Source: Phycisphaera mikurensis NBRC 102666 (GTDB taxonomy: Bacteria > Planctomycetota > Phycisphaerae > Phycisphaerales > Phycisphaeraceae). From it: DNA of 32,000 nucleotides. The stretch is taken from NCBI RefSeq assembly GCF_000284115.1, contig NC_017080.1, positions 510,001 through 542,000 of the forward strand. Reading direction: 5' to 3'. How positions within the stretch are numbered: the first letter of the stretch is position 1; every line of letters starts with the position of its first letter. Of this stretch, positions 22,624-30,845 are shown piece after piece. The notes under the pieces were generated by a model. It was not told the origin of the DNA, did not search any database, and was given only the letters and a program-made list of their open reading frames with translations. Position numbers and translations under genes: made by a program.

Positions 22624-23844
22624 TCATGCTGCCGTGTCACCAGGCCGGTTCCGGCGTCGCTGGGCGCGGTCCATCGCCTCGGCATCGGGGCTCCGCCCCG
22701 AGTCCATCATCTCGATGAAGCAGTCGAACAGGTAGCGGGCGTCGTGGGGGCCGGGGCTGGCTTCGGGGTGGTATTGCACCGCGAAGACGGCTTCTTCGGC
22801 GTGGCGGAACCCTTCCAGCGTCCGGTCGTTGAGGTTGACGTGCGTCGGCTCCGCCCCGCGGGCGGCGAGGCTCTCGCGGTCCACGGCGAAGCCGTGGTTC
22901 TGGCTGGTGATCTCCACCTTGCCGGTCCCCAGGTTTTGCACCGGCTGGTTGCCGCCGCGGTGGCCGAACTTCAGCTTGGAGGTCGTCGCGCCCGCCGCGA
23001 TCGCGAGCAGCTGGTGCCCGAGGCAGATGCCGAAGGTCGGGACCCGGCCGTGGAGCGCTCCGAGCGTCTCGGTGGTCGGCGTCACCGCGGCGGGGTCGCC
23101 CGGGCCGTTGGAGACGAAGAGCCCATCGGGCTTCCGCTCGAGGATCGCCGCGGCCGGCGTGTCGTGGGGGACGACCGTGACGTCGCAGCCGCGGTCGACC
23201 AGGTGCCGCAGGATGTTCAGCTTCGCCCCGCAGTCGATCGCCACGACGGTCTTGCGGGGGCTCGCCGCCGGCACCCGGCCCTGCACCGGGAGCCAGCGGC
23301 CCAGGTCCTCCTCCCACCGCAGGGCCTGCCCGCGGCTGACCCCGGCGACCAGGTTGCGGCCGACCAGGCCGGGCGCGGCCCGCGCGGCGGCCACCAGGGC
23401 CGCGTCGTGGGTCGCGGGATCCGTGCTGATGACGCCGTTGAGGGCCCCGTCGACGCGGAGCGTCTTGGTGATGGCCCGCGTGTCCACGCCGGTGAGGCCG
23501 ATGACGCCGCGCTCGGCGAGGAAGGCGTGCAGGCTCGTCTCCGAGCGGAAGCTGCTCTGCGTCGGCGAGTTCTCGCGGACCACGAAGCCGGAGACCTGGA
23601 CCCGATCGCTCTCGAGGTCCTCCACGTTCACGCCGTAGTTGCCGATCATCGGCGTGGTCATCACCACGATCTGCCCGGCGTAGGAGGCGTCCGTGAGGAC
23701 CTCCTGGTAGCCGGACATGCTCGTGTTGAAGCACACCTCGGCGGCCACGGTGGCCGGGCCGGTGTGCCCGAAGGCGTCGCCGGCGAAGACCTGCCCGTCG
23801 GCGAGTGCGAGGCGGGCGCGCGTATGGGGGGCGGGGGCGGGCAT
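22624..23844 (-). CDS. carA: carbamoyl-phosphate synthase small (glutamine amidotransferase) subunit
   Basis: Motifs: CFNTSMSGYQEVLTDASYAGQIVVMTTPMIGNYG, the catalytic Cys context GICLGHQLL, and VQYHPEASPGPHD. ATG 23844 (MPAPAPHTRARLAL) is chosen; upstream track residues are Arg/Gly-rich junk. Confidence 0.95.
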   Translation of the reverse strand: MPAPAPHTRARLALADGQVFAGDAFGHTGPATVAAEVCFNTSMSGYQEVLTDASYAGQIVVMTTPMIGNYGVNVEDLESDRVQVSGFVVRENSPTQSSFRSETSLHAFLAERGVIGLTGVDTRAITKTLRVDGALNGVISTDPATHDAALVAAARAAPGLVGRNLVAGVSRGQALRWEEDLGRWLPVQGRVPAASPRKTVVAIDCGAKLNILRHLVDRGCDVTVVPHDTPAAAILERKPDGLFVSNGPGDPAAVTPTTETLGALHGRVPTFGICLGHQLLAIAAGATTSKLKFGHRGGNQPVQNLGTGKVEITSQNHGFAVDRESLAARGAEPTHVNLNDRTLEGFRHAEEAVFAVQYHPEASPGPHDARYLFDCFIEMMDSGRSPDAEAMDRAQRRRNRPGDTAA

Positions 23845-23894
23845 GGGCGCGGGATCGTAAGAAACGCCCGCCGCTCGGCGGGGCCCGGTCCGCC

Positions 23895-24113
23895 TCAACC
23901 CCCGGTGTCCCCGCGGCGCCCCTTGAAGAGGACCCACCACCAGCCGATCACCCCGCCGATGGCCCCGAAGCCCGCGACGGCCAGCGTCTCGGTGCGGCTC
24001 GGGGCGGCGCCGGAGAGCGAGATGGCGGCCCACACCACCAGGAAGCAGGTCAGCGCGATCGCGGCGGCGGTGAGCGGGGAATCCCAGGGCAGACGAGGCA
24101 TGCCTTCATTCAT
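23895..24113 (-). CDS. small two-TM membrane protein (72 aa), hypothetical
   Basis: GC3-biased frame and two hydrophobic helices (AAAIALTCFLVVWAAISL, LAVAGFGAIGGVIGWWWVLF). It sits between SMUG1 and carA on the same strand with 30- and 50-nt gaps. Confidence 0.5.
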   Translation of the reverse strand: MNEGMPRLPWDSPLTAAAIALTCFLVVWAAISLSGAAPSRTETLAVAGFGAIGGVIGWWWVLFKGRRGDTGG

Positions 24114-24143
24114 AGGTTGAGCGGTCCACCGGATCCCGCCGCG

Positions 24144-24872
24144 TCACCACGCTCCCAGCTCCTCGAGCTGCCGCGTCGCCTGCCCGCCCCAGTCCGTGTT
24201 CGCCAGCGGGCTCGCCGGGCTGGGGTGCAGGATCCGGCCGACGGTCGATCCGGCTCCCGCCGCCTCCACCGCCGCCGCGACCCGCTTCTCCGCCCAGACG
24301 CCGATGCCCACCGCGAAGGCCGGCCGGAGGATCCGCACCACCTCCGCGAGGTGCTCGTCGCAGGCGGCCAGCAGCGGCTCGCGCTCGGCGGCGGGCAGCT
24401 TGTCGGGGGTCAGGTTCCGGCCGGTGGCGCCCAGGAACACGAGCGGGCAGAAGTTCAGGACGAAGTGATCGGCGAAGAAGGCCTCGGGCGTGCCGAAACG
24501 CGCGCGGACCATCGACCACACCCGGCTGCCGGAGACCTCGGTCCGCGGGCAGCCGAGGCCGGTGACCGGCCGCTTGGGGTGCTCGTCGGCCGGCTTGCCG
24601 ATGGGCGCCTCGAGCCCGAGGAAGCCGCGGACCGACGGCACGTCCCCGAAGGGCACGCCCGTCTGGGCCATGCCCCAGGGCCCCGGGTTCATGCCCACCA
24701 GCAGCACGCTCTTCCTGCCGGCACCGAAGCGGCGGAGGTACGCCTCCATCATCGGCCACGCGTACGCGAGCGGCTGGTAGACGGCGTGGACCGGCTCGGC
24801 GAACCGCAGCGGCCCGAGCCGCTCGCGCAAGCAGAGCGCGGCGGCGACGAGGGCATCGGCGGTGTCGGTCAT
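24144..24872 (-). CDS. SMUG1-type (family 3) uracil-DNA glycosylase
   Basis: GMNPGPWGMAQTGVPFG matches the SMUG1 motif GMNPGPFGMAQTGVPFG. The C-terminal HPSPASPLAN matches HPSPRNPQAN. Confidence 0.9.
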   Translation of the reverse strand: MTDTADALVAAALCLRERLGPLRFAEPVHAVYQPLAYAWPMMEAYLRRFGAGRKSVLLVGMNPGPWGMAQTGVPFGDVPSVRGFLGLEAPIGKPADEHPKRPVTGLGCPRTEVSGSRVWSMVRARFGTPEAFFADHFVLNFCPLVFLGATGRNLTPDKLPAAEREPLLAACDEHLAEVVRILRPAFAVGIGVWAEKRVAAAVEAAGAGSTVGRILHPSPASPLANTDWGGQATRQLEELGAW

Positions 24873-24894
24873 GAAGGAGTCTTACCGGCTGGCG

Positions 24895-24972
24895 CGCCCC
24901 GTGCCCCCGCCCCCGCCCCGGCTCCGGTCGCGGCGCCCCGTGCCCCCGCCCCCGCCCCGGCTCCGGTCGCGG
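24895..24972. repeat. 2 x 39-bp perfect tandem direct repeat in a divergent intergenic region
   Basis: CGCCCCGTGCCCCCGCCCCCGCCCCGGCTCCGGTCGCGG occurs at 24895 and again at 24934, between the SMUG1 (-) and OmpA-lipoprotein (+) start codons. Confidence 0.85.
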
Positions 24973-25051
24973 CGGCCTGCCCGCCCGCTGCACCCGCCGC
25001 GACGCCGATCTACCCTGCCGGCTTACCCAGCTCCACTCCGGGCACTCCCCC

Positions 25052-25939
25052 ATGAACCCCACCACGACCCGCACCGGCCTCACCGCCCTCACCGGCCTGC
25101 TCACGCTCTGCTTCCTCTCCGCCGGCTGCGTGCCGCAGAGCCAATCGGACGCCTGGCGGAAGAAGTACCAGGCGGCCGACGAATCGATCATGGAGCTCCG
25201 GCTCGAGCTCGAGGGCCGCGAGGACGAGCTGGCGGCGCTGCGGGGGCGTTCCGGCGTGAACGGCCAGCTCTCGGCCGAGGCCGAGGCGCTGCGGGCCCAG
25301 AACCAGCAGCTGCGCGACACCCTCGCGATGGCGCAGGAACAGCTCCGCAGCGTCGCCGGCTCGCCGCTGCCGGCGGAGCTGACCAGCGACCTGGAGGCCC
25401 TCGCCGCCGACAACCCCGACCTGATGACCTTCGACCCGAACACCGGGATGATCCGCTTCCGCAGCGACGTCACCTTCGCGCTCGGCAAGACGGACGTGCA
25501 GGAGGGCGCCCGCCAGCTGCTCGCGCAGGTCGCCGGGGTGCTCTCCTCGCCGGCGGCCTCGGGCTACGAGGTCCGCGTCGTCGGCCACACCGACAACGTG
25601 CCGGTGACCAACGCGGCGAACGTGCAGAAGTACGAGGACAACTGGGGCATGTCCGCCTTCCGCGCGATCTCGGTGATGCGGGTGCTCAGCGAGAACGGCG
25701 TGCCGCAGGAGCGGATCAGCGTCACCGGCTACGGCCCGATGCAGCCGGTGGAGCCCAACGGGCCCCGCGGCTCCGAGGCGAACCGCCGCGTCGAGCTGTT
25801 CCTCACGCCGCAGACGGCCGCCGTGTCCAACGGGGCGATGTCTGAGCCGCGGCCCGCCGATCCGGTGATGGCCGAGCCCGCCAGCATCGAGCCGATGGCC
25901 GCCCCCGGGCCCGCCGACACCCCGGCGATGTTCAAGTGA
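25052..25939 (+). CDS. lipoprotein with a coiled-coil and a C-terminal OmpA/MotB peptidoglycan-binding domain
   Basis: Lipobox LSAGC. A heptad-like ELRLELEGREDELAALR region. OmpA-C signature VVGHTDNVP...NWGMSAFRAISVMRVL...GYGPMQPV...NRRVELFL. Confidence 0.9.
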   Translation: MNPTTTRTGLTALTGLLTLCFLSAGCVPQSQSDAWRKKYQAADESIMELRLELEGREDELAALRGRSGVNGQLSAEAEALRAQNQQLRDTLAMAQEQLRSVAGSPLPAELTSDLEALAADNPDLMTFDPNTGMIRFRSDVTFALGKTDVQEGARQLLAQVAGVLSSPAASGYEVRVVGHTDNVPVTNAANVQKYEDNWGMSAFRAISVMRVLSENGVPQERISVTGYGPMQPVEPNGPRGSEANRRVELFLTPQTAAVSNGAMSEPRPADPVMAEPASIEPMAAPGPADTPAMFK

Positions 25940-27219
25940 GCGCCGGCAGCGGCGTCCTCTACCGCCGCGCCACGCTGCCCAACGGGCTGCGGGTGGTGGC
26001 CGAGATCGACCCCGGGGCGCACACCGCCGCGGTCGGCTACTTCGTGAACACCGGGGCCCGCGACGAGGACGCCGCGGCCATGGGCGTGTCGCACTTCCTC
26101 GAGCACATGATGTTCAAGGGCACCGCGGAGAAGTCCGCGGACGAGGTCAACCAGGCGTTCGACGACTTCGGGGCCGACTACAACGCCTTCACCTCGCACG
26201 AGCGGACCGTGTACTACGCGCACGTGCTGCCGGAGTTCCTCGAGCCCGCGACCGACCTGCTCGGCGAGATCCTCCGTCCGTCGCTGCGCGGAGCCGACTT
26301 CGACGTGGAGAAGAAGGTCATCCTCGAGGAGATCGGCATGTACGACGACCGGCCGGAGTGGGTCCTGCAGGACCGCCTGCTGGAGCGGCACTTCGCCCAC
26401 GCCGGCCCCGGCGGGCGGCTCCACGGCGGCGGCTTCCGCGTGCTCGGCACGGCCCAGACCGTCGGCGCCCTCACGCCCGAGCGGATGCGGGCCTACTTCG
26501 ACCGGCGCTACAGCCCCGGCAACGTTGCGGTCGCCGCGGCGGGCAACCTGGACTTCGACCGGCTCGTCGGGCAGGTCGCCGCCCGCTGCGGCGGCTGGCC
26601 CGCCGTCGACACCGCCCGCGATCTCTCGGCACCCGCGCTGCCCGCGGGCGTCCGCCGCTTCGCCGACACCGACGCGGACCTCTCGCGCCACTACCTCGGC
26701 CTGATCTGCCCCGGCCCCGCCGCGAGCGACCCGCGGCGCCACGCCGCCGCCGTGCTGGCGGTGCTGCTGGGCGACTCCGACAACTCGCGGCTCCACTGGG
26801 CGCTGGTCGACCCGGGCCTGGCCGACGAGGCCTCGGCCAGCTTCCAGGCCGCGGACGGCCGCAGCGGCGACCCGGCCGGGTCGTTCATGGCCTGGGCCAC
26901 CTGCGACCCCGGCCGCGCCGCCGAGGTGGAGGCGAAGCTGCTGGAGACGGTCGACGGCGTCGTCGCGGCGCCGGACTTCTCCGAAGCCGACGTCGCCGCC
27001 GCGGTGAACAAGGCCGCCACCGGGCTGACGCTGCTCGCCGAGCGTCCCGCCGGGCGCATGCACCGCCTCGGCTCGCAGCTGCTCGCGCTCGGCGAGAACC
27101 ACGGCCTAGACGAGCAGCTCGCGGCGCTGCGGGCGGTGACGCCCGACGCGATCGCGTCGCTGGTGGCGGACTTCCCGTGGGATCCGCGGACCGTGGCGGT
27201 TCTGGGCCCCAACGGCTGA
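25936..27219 (+). CDS. M16 (pitrilysin/insulinase) family zinc peptidase
   Basis: Inverted zinc motif HFLEH in GVSHFLEHMMFKGT. The GTG start overlaps the upstream TGA (GTGA at 25936-25939). Confidence 0.9.
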   Translation: MSAGSGVLYRRATLPNGLRVVAEIDPGAHTAAVGYFVNTGARDEDAAAMGVSHFLEHMMFKGTAEKSADEVNQAFDDFGADYNAFTSHERTVYYAHVLPEFLEPATDLLGEILRPSLRGADFDVEKKVILEEIGMYDDRPEWVLQDRLLERHFAHAGPGGRLHGGGFRVLGTAQTVGALTPERMRAYFDRRYSPGNVAVAAAGNLDFDRLVGQVAARCGGWPAVDTARDLSAPALPAGVRRFADTDADLSRHYLGLICPGPAASDPRRHAAAVLAVLLGDSDNSRLHWALVDPGLADEASASFQAADGRSGDPAGSFMAWATCDPGRAAEVEAKLLETVDGVVAAPDFSEADVAAAVNKAATGLTLLAERPAGRMHRLGSQLLALGENHGLDEQLAALRAVTPDAIASLVADFPWDPRTVAVLGPNG

Positions 27220-27232
27220 CGGTCCGCGGATC
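27181..27232 (+). repeat. CCGCGGACCGT-type hairpin spanning the stop codon
   Basis: A 14-nt perfect inverted repeat, GATCCGCGGACCGT (27181-27194) and ACGGTCCGCGGATC (27219-27232), with a 24-nt loop. The left arm lies in the last codons of the M16 gene. The right arm begins at the last base of the TGA. Confidence 0.55.
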
Positions 27233-27404
27233 CGGAAGTTCAGCCCCTCCGGGACGTGGAGCCGGCGCGGGCGTGGAGGCGGCTCGCTCGCGGCGGAGAA
27301 ATCCTCCACGCGTGGCTGCAATCAGCAGCGGCCCCCCGAGCGTCTCTCCTGTGGAGGAGGCCGCGCCCGCGGCCCCGCCCGCTCCGTCATCCCAAGAGAC
27401 CGAC

Positions 27405-27875
27405 ATGACCCGCGCCGCCTTCGCCCGCTGCCTCGCCGTTCCCGCTCCGCTGCTGCTCGCCGCCGCGGCCACCGGCTGCGCCCACCGCGACGCCGGCGTC
27501 ACGCCCGCCGCTTGCGCCGCTTCCGCCACCCCCTCCGCCTGCGCCGCCCCCGCGCATCCCGCGGATCCCGTGCTCGGCACCGACGCCGCCGCTGGGGCCG
27601 CCATCTCCGCTTACATCGACGACCGCAACCGCGACGGCGTCTACCGCCACTGGGACCCGCTCGAAGGTCGCGTGCTGGAGATGTCGTTCGAGAGCCTGCA
27701 CGCGGGGGTGAAAACGATGGAGGGCCGGCAGGTCAGCTGCGCCGACTTCCGAGACCAGGACGGCCGGCTCATCGACATGGACTACTTCGTCGACGCCGCC
27801 ACCGGCGTCGTGCTGCAGGGCGTCGTCCACAAGGTCGACGGCGTGAAGCGGCCTTACGACCTCGCCGCCCGCTGA
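27405..27875 (+). CDS. small lipoprotein, unknown function (156 aa)
   Basis: ATG start. Lipobox LAAAATGC after a hydrophobic signal. The C-terminal part is globular-looking (VYRHWDPLEGRVLEMSFESLHAGVK..). It ends 4 nt before the ECF sigma gene. Confidence 0.7.
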   Translation: MTRAAFARCLAVPAPLLLAAAATGCAHRDAGVTPAACAASATPSACAAPAHPADPVLGTDAAAGAAISAYIDDRNRDGVYRHWDPLEGRVLEMSFESLHAGVKTMEGRQVSCADFRDQDGRLIDMDYFVDAATGVVLQGVVHKVDGVKRPYDLAAR

Positions 27876-27879
27876 AGCC

Positions 27880-28410
27880 GTGCCGGCCCGCTCCACGAAC
27901 CCGCCGCCCGAGGGCGAGCCGCTCGACGGGCTGCTCCGCCGCGGCTTCGGCTACGCGTTGTGCCTCACCCACGACGCGGCCGCGGCGGAGGACCTGCTGC
28001 AGGAAGCGCTCCTGGGCATCGCCCGCCGCGGCGGCCCCTGGCACGCCGGCTACCTGCTGGCCGCCGTCCGCAACGCCTGGGTCGACGAGCACCGGCGGCG
28101 TGGCCGCCGGCTCCCGACCTCCCCGCTGGACGCCGTCGCCGAGGACGAACTCGTCGAGCCGCCGGCGGATTCGGTCCCGCGGGACGAGCTGCTCGGCGGG
28201 CTGCTCGGGCACCTGCGCCCGCCGGACCGCGAGCTGCTCTACCTCGCCGCCGTCGAGGGGCACACCGCCGCGGAGCTCGCGGCGTTGACCGGCCGCCCCC
28301 GCGGCACGGTGCTCAGCTCGCTCTTCCGCGCGAAGAAGAAGCTCCGGCGGCTGGCGTCCCATCTCGCGCCCGGCGCCGGGCGCTTGGCTCCGGCAGGAGA
28401 ATCCCGATGA
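27880..28410 (+). CDS. ECF-type RNA polymerase sigma-70 family factor
   Basis: Region 2 (AEDLLQEALLGIAR..VRNAWVDEHRRR) and region 4 HTH (RELLYLAAVEGHTAAELAALTGRPRGTVLSSLFRAKKKLR). Confidence 0.9.
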   Translation: MPARSTNPPPEGEPLDGLLRRGFGYALCLTHDAAAAEDLLQEALLGIARRGGPWHAGYLLAAVRNAWVDEHRRRGRRLPTSPLDAVAEDELVEPPADSVPRDELLGGLLGHLRPPDRELLYLAAVEGHTAAELAALTGRPRGTVLSSLFRAKKKLRRLASHLAPGAGRLAPAGESR

Positions 28411-29090
28411 CCCCTCCCGCTGAAGATCTGCTCGACGCGGCGCTGCGTCGCCACTACGCCGCGAACGGGCCCGACGCCGCGGCGCTGCGACGCCTGCGTG
28501 AGGCGGTGCATCCGGCGTCGACGCCGGCGTCCCGTCCGCGCCTCCGCGCGGCCTGGCTGGCGGTGGCCGCCGCGCTCACGCTGACCGCCTCCCTCGCGAT
28601 CGTGCTCGCCGCGGGCGGCGGCGGGAGCGATGCCCTCGCCTCCCTCGTCGCCGAGGAGATCGCGCTCAACCACCGCAAGCAGCTCGCCCCCGAGTGGACC
28701 GGCGTCGGCATCGGCGAGCTCGCCGAGCGGATGCCCAAGCTCGACTTCACGCCCCGGTGGCCCGCCGCGCTCGACGGCGGCGGCTGGTCGCTCACGGGCG
28801 CCCGCTACTGCTCGATCGGCGGCCGCATCGCCGCCCAGCTGCGGCTGGGTCGAGCCGACGGCCGCGCCGCCACGCTCTACGCCTTCCGCGACGCCGACGC
28901 CTTCGCCGCGCTGCCCGCCGGGCAGCGGAGCGTCGACGGCACGAGCGTCCGCGTCTGGCGCGAGGGCGGCCTGGTCTTCGGCCTCGCCGCCGCGCCCGCC
29001 CCCGGCGCAGATCCCCCGGCTCCCCGCCGTCCCGAGCGTCGCGTCTCCCCCGGCTCCTCGCGGGCCTCCACAGCAGCGCGCCCCGACTGA
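28407..29090 (+). CDS. putative anti-sigma factor (single-pass membrane protein)
   Basis: ATGA overlap with the sigma gene stop. One TM helix (AAWLAVAAALTLTASLAIVLAA). The periplasmic block IALNHRKQL..PKLDFTP..W.LTGARYCSIGGRIAAQLRL is typical of ECF-partner anti-sigma proteins. Confidence 0.7.
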   Translation: MTPPAEDLLDAALRRHYAANGPDAAALRRLREAVHPASTPASRPRLRAAWLAVAAALTLTASLAIVLAAGGGGSDALASLVAEEIALNHRKQLAPEWTGVGIGELAERMPKLDFTPRWPAALDGGGWSLTGARYCSIGGRIAAQLRLGRADGRAATLYAFRDADAFAALPAGQRSVDGTSVRVWREGGLVFGLAAAPAPGADPPAPRRPERRVSPGSSRASTAARPD

Positions 29091-29129
29091 ACGAGCCGGA
29101 CAGGCCGCGGGGCGCCTCGCCGGCGTCTC

Positions 29130-30545
29130 CTACGCGCCCGGGGCCGCCGTCACCGCGGGGTCCTCCAGCTGCAGCCGGGTGAAGCCGTTGCAGATCCGGT
29201 CGTCGAGCGTCTCGCACCAGTGCAGCGTCCGCTGGCGCAGGCGGGCCAGCTCGCCCGCCGCCGCCGGATCGTGCACCCGGTTCACGAACTCGATCGGGTC
29301 GGTCTGGAGGTCGTACAGCTCGTCGACGGCCGTGAGGTTCCACACGTACTTCCAGCGCCGATCGCGGACCATCCGCGTGGAGTACTGCCCGAACTGGCAG
29401 CCGAAATACTGGCTGAACACGTCTTCGCGCCCCGTCGCCCCGGCGAGGAGATCCAGCCCCTCCGCGTGGTCCGGCACGCCGACGCCCGCCGCCGAAAGCA
29501 GCGTCGCGTGCAGGTCCAGCTCGTGGACGACGAAGTCGTCGCGCACGCTTCCGGGCTCGATCCGTCCGGGGAAGCGGGCGACCAGCGGCACCTTCAGCAC
29601 GTCGTCGTACATCATGTAGTGCTTGTCCATCATCCCGTGCGAGCCGCACAGGTCGCCGTGGTCGGTCGAGTAGACGACCAGCGTGTTCTCCGCCACGCCG
29701 GCGGTGTCCAGCGCGTCGAGCACCTCGCCGATTTTGGCATCCAGCAGCGTGATCTCCGCGAGGTACCGGCTGACGACCGGCGCCCACTGCTCCCAGCCCC
29801 AGCCGTCGACGCCCCAGCTGCGCCGCTGCTGGGCCTGCATCGGCGGCTTGTCCTCCAGCGGGTCCGCGAAGGCCGGCCAGGGCGGGATCGAGCCCGCGGG
29901 GTAATCGTCGGCGACCGCCTCGGGAACGAGGCAGGGCAGGTGCGGCTCGGAAGGATCCCACCGGACGAAGAAGGGTCGCGAGCCGTCGGTGTTGTCCGCG
30001 GAGAAGTCGCGGATCGCGTCGCAGGTCAGCCCCGCCCCCCAGGCGATCCGCGTGTCCTCCACGCCGCTGGTCCGGTCGACCTCGCCGAACCAGCCGTTGG
30101 TCCGCTCGCGCGGCGGCAGCCCTCGCTGCGCCCGCCACGCGTCGTAATCGTCCTCCTCCCAGGCGTACCGCTCGACGCCGTACCCGGTGGGGTCCCCCGG
30201 CACCTCGCCGTGGAACTTGCCGAAGTGCGCCATCCTGTAGCCGGCGCTACCGAGACGCTGCCACAGGATCGGCTCGCCCGTCTCCGCGGGCCGGTACCCG
30301 TCGAAGGGCGGGATGTTCTGGCAGCGGTGCTGGCTGGGCCACCGGCCGGTCAAGAGCGACGCACGCGCCGGGCTGCAGATCGGAGAGGGCGTGAAGGCGT
30401 TGACGAAGTCGGCGCCCTGCGCCGCCAGCCGGTCGAGGTTGGGCGTCCGGATCCGCGGCCCGTTCCCGCTCGCGTGGATCCCAAGGCAGTCGAAGCGGTG
30501 TTGGTCCGAATGGATGAGCAGGAGATTGGGGCGGGAGTTCGCCAT
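29130..30545 (-). CDS. formylglycine-dependent sulfatase (arylsulfatase family)
   Basis: N-terminal PNLLLIHSDQHR and the signature CSPARASLLTGR (C-x-P-x-R). No signal peptide is visible at the chosen ATG. Confidence 0.95.
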   Translation of the reverse strand: MANSRPNLLLIHSDQHRFDCLGIHASGNGPRIRTPNLDRLAAQGADFVNAFTPSPICSPARASLLTGRWPSQHRCQNIPPFDGYRPAETGEPILWQRLGSAGYRMAHFGKFHGEVPGDPTGYGVERYAWEEDDYDAWRAQRGLPPRERTNGWFGEVDRTSGVEDTRIAWGAGLTCDAIRDFSADNTDGSRPFFVRWDPSEPHLPCLVPEAVADDYPAGSIPPWPAFADPLEDKPPMQAQQRRSWGVDGWGWEQWAPVVSRYLAEITLLDAKIGEVLDALDTAGVAENTLVVYSTDHGDLCGSHGMMDKHYMMYDDVLKVPLVARFPGRIEPGSVRDDFVVHELDLHATLLSAAGVGVPDHAEGLDLLAGATGREDVFSQYFGCQFGQYSTRMVRDRRWKYVWNLTAVDELYDLQTDPIEFVNRVHDPAAAGELARLRQRTLHWCETLDDRICNGFTRLQLEDPAVTAAPGA

Positions 30546-30561
30546 GGCGGGGAAGCTAAGC

Positions 30562-30641
30562 GAAGAGGCGGGGAGGCGGGGAGGCGGAGAGGCGGGGAGA
30601 CGAAGAGACGAAGAGACGGAGAGACGAAGAGACGGAGACAG
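30562..30641. repeat. about 10 tandem octamers GRRGAGRC (pyrimidine-rich GYCTCYYC on the sulfatase sense strand)
   Basis: The run reads gaagaggc ggggaggc ggggaggc ggagaggc ggggagac gaagagac gaagagac ggagagac gaagagac ggagacag. It lies 17-96 nt upstream of the sulfatase ATG (30545). Confidence 0.85.
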
Positions 30642-30706
30642 GCAGACGCGGCGGCTACGCCGACCGCTTCTCTCTCTGATTCGCTGTCTTCGTCTCTTCG
30701 TCTCTC
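30619..30706 (-). promoter_or_regulatory. 21-bp stem-loop in the AraC-sulfatase intergenic region (terminator or leader structure)
   Basis: GAGAGACGAAGAGACGGAGAC (30619-30639) pairs with GTCTTCGTCTCTTCGTCTCTC (30686-30706). There is one G:T position and a 46-nt loop. The repeat register allows slipped alternative pairings. Confidence 0.5.
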
Positions 30707-30845
30707 ACCCAACTCCGCCACCACCCGCGGCATCTTCCGTCGCGAGCCGTGCAGCCGCGGGCGGCACGCGTCCGCCGCTGCGTCGCTTCGTCTCTCGCGA
30801 TGCAGACTCCGCCCCCGCTTGGACTGCCACAACGCCAGCGCCCCG

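Noticed and set aside
25010-25588. 192-aa minus-strand ORF antisense to the OmpA-domain lipoprotein gene, with similar antisense ORFs at 25729..27102, 27387..27896 and 27769..28362
   Set aside because: The plus-strand partners carry unambiguous family signatures (OmpA-C, HxxEH, ECF regions 2 and 4). The antisense translations are low-complexity.
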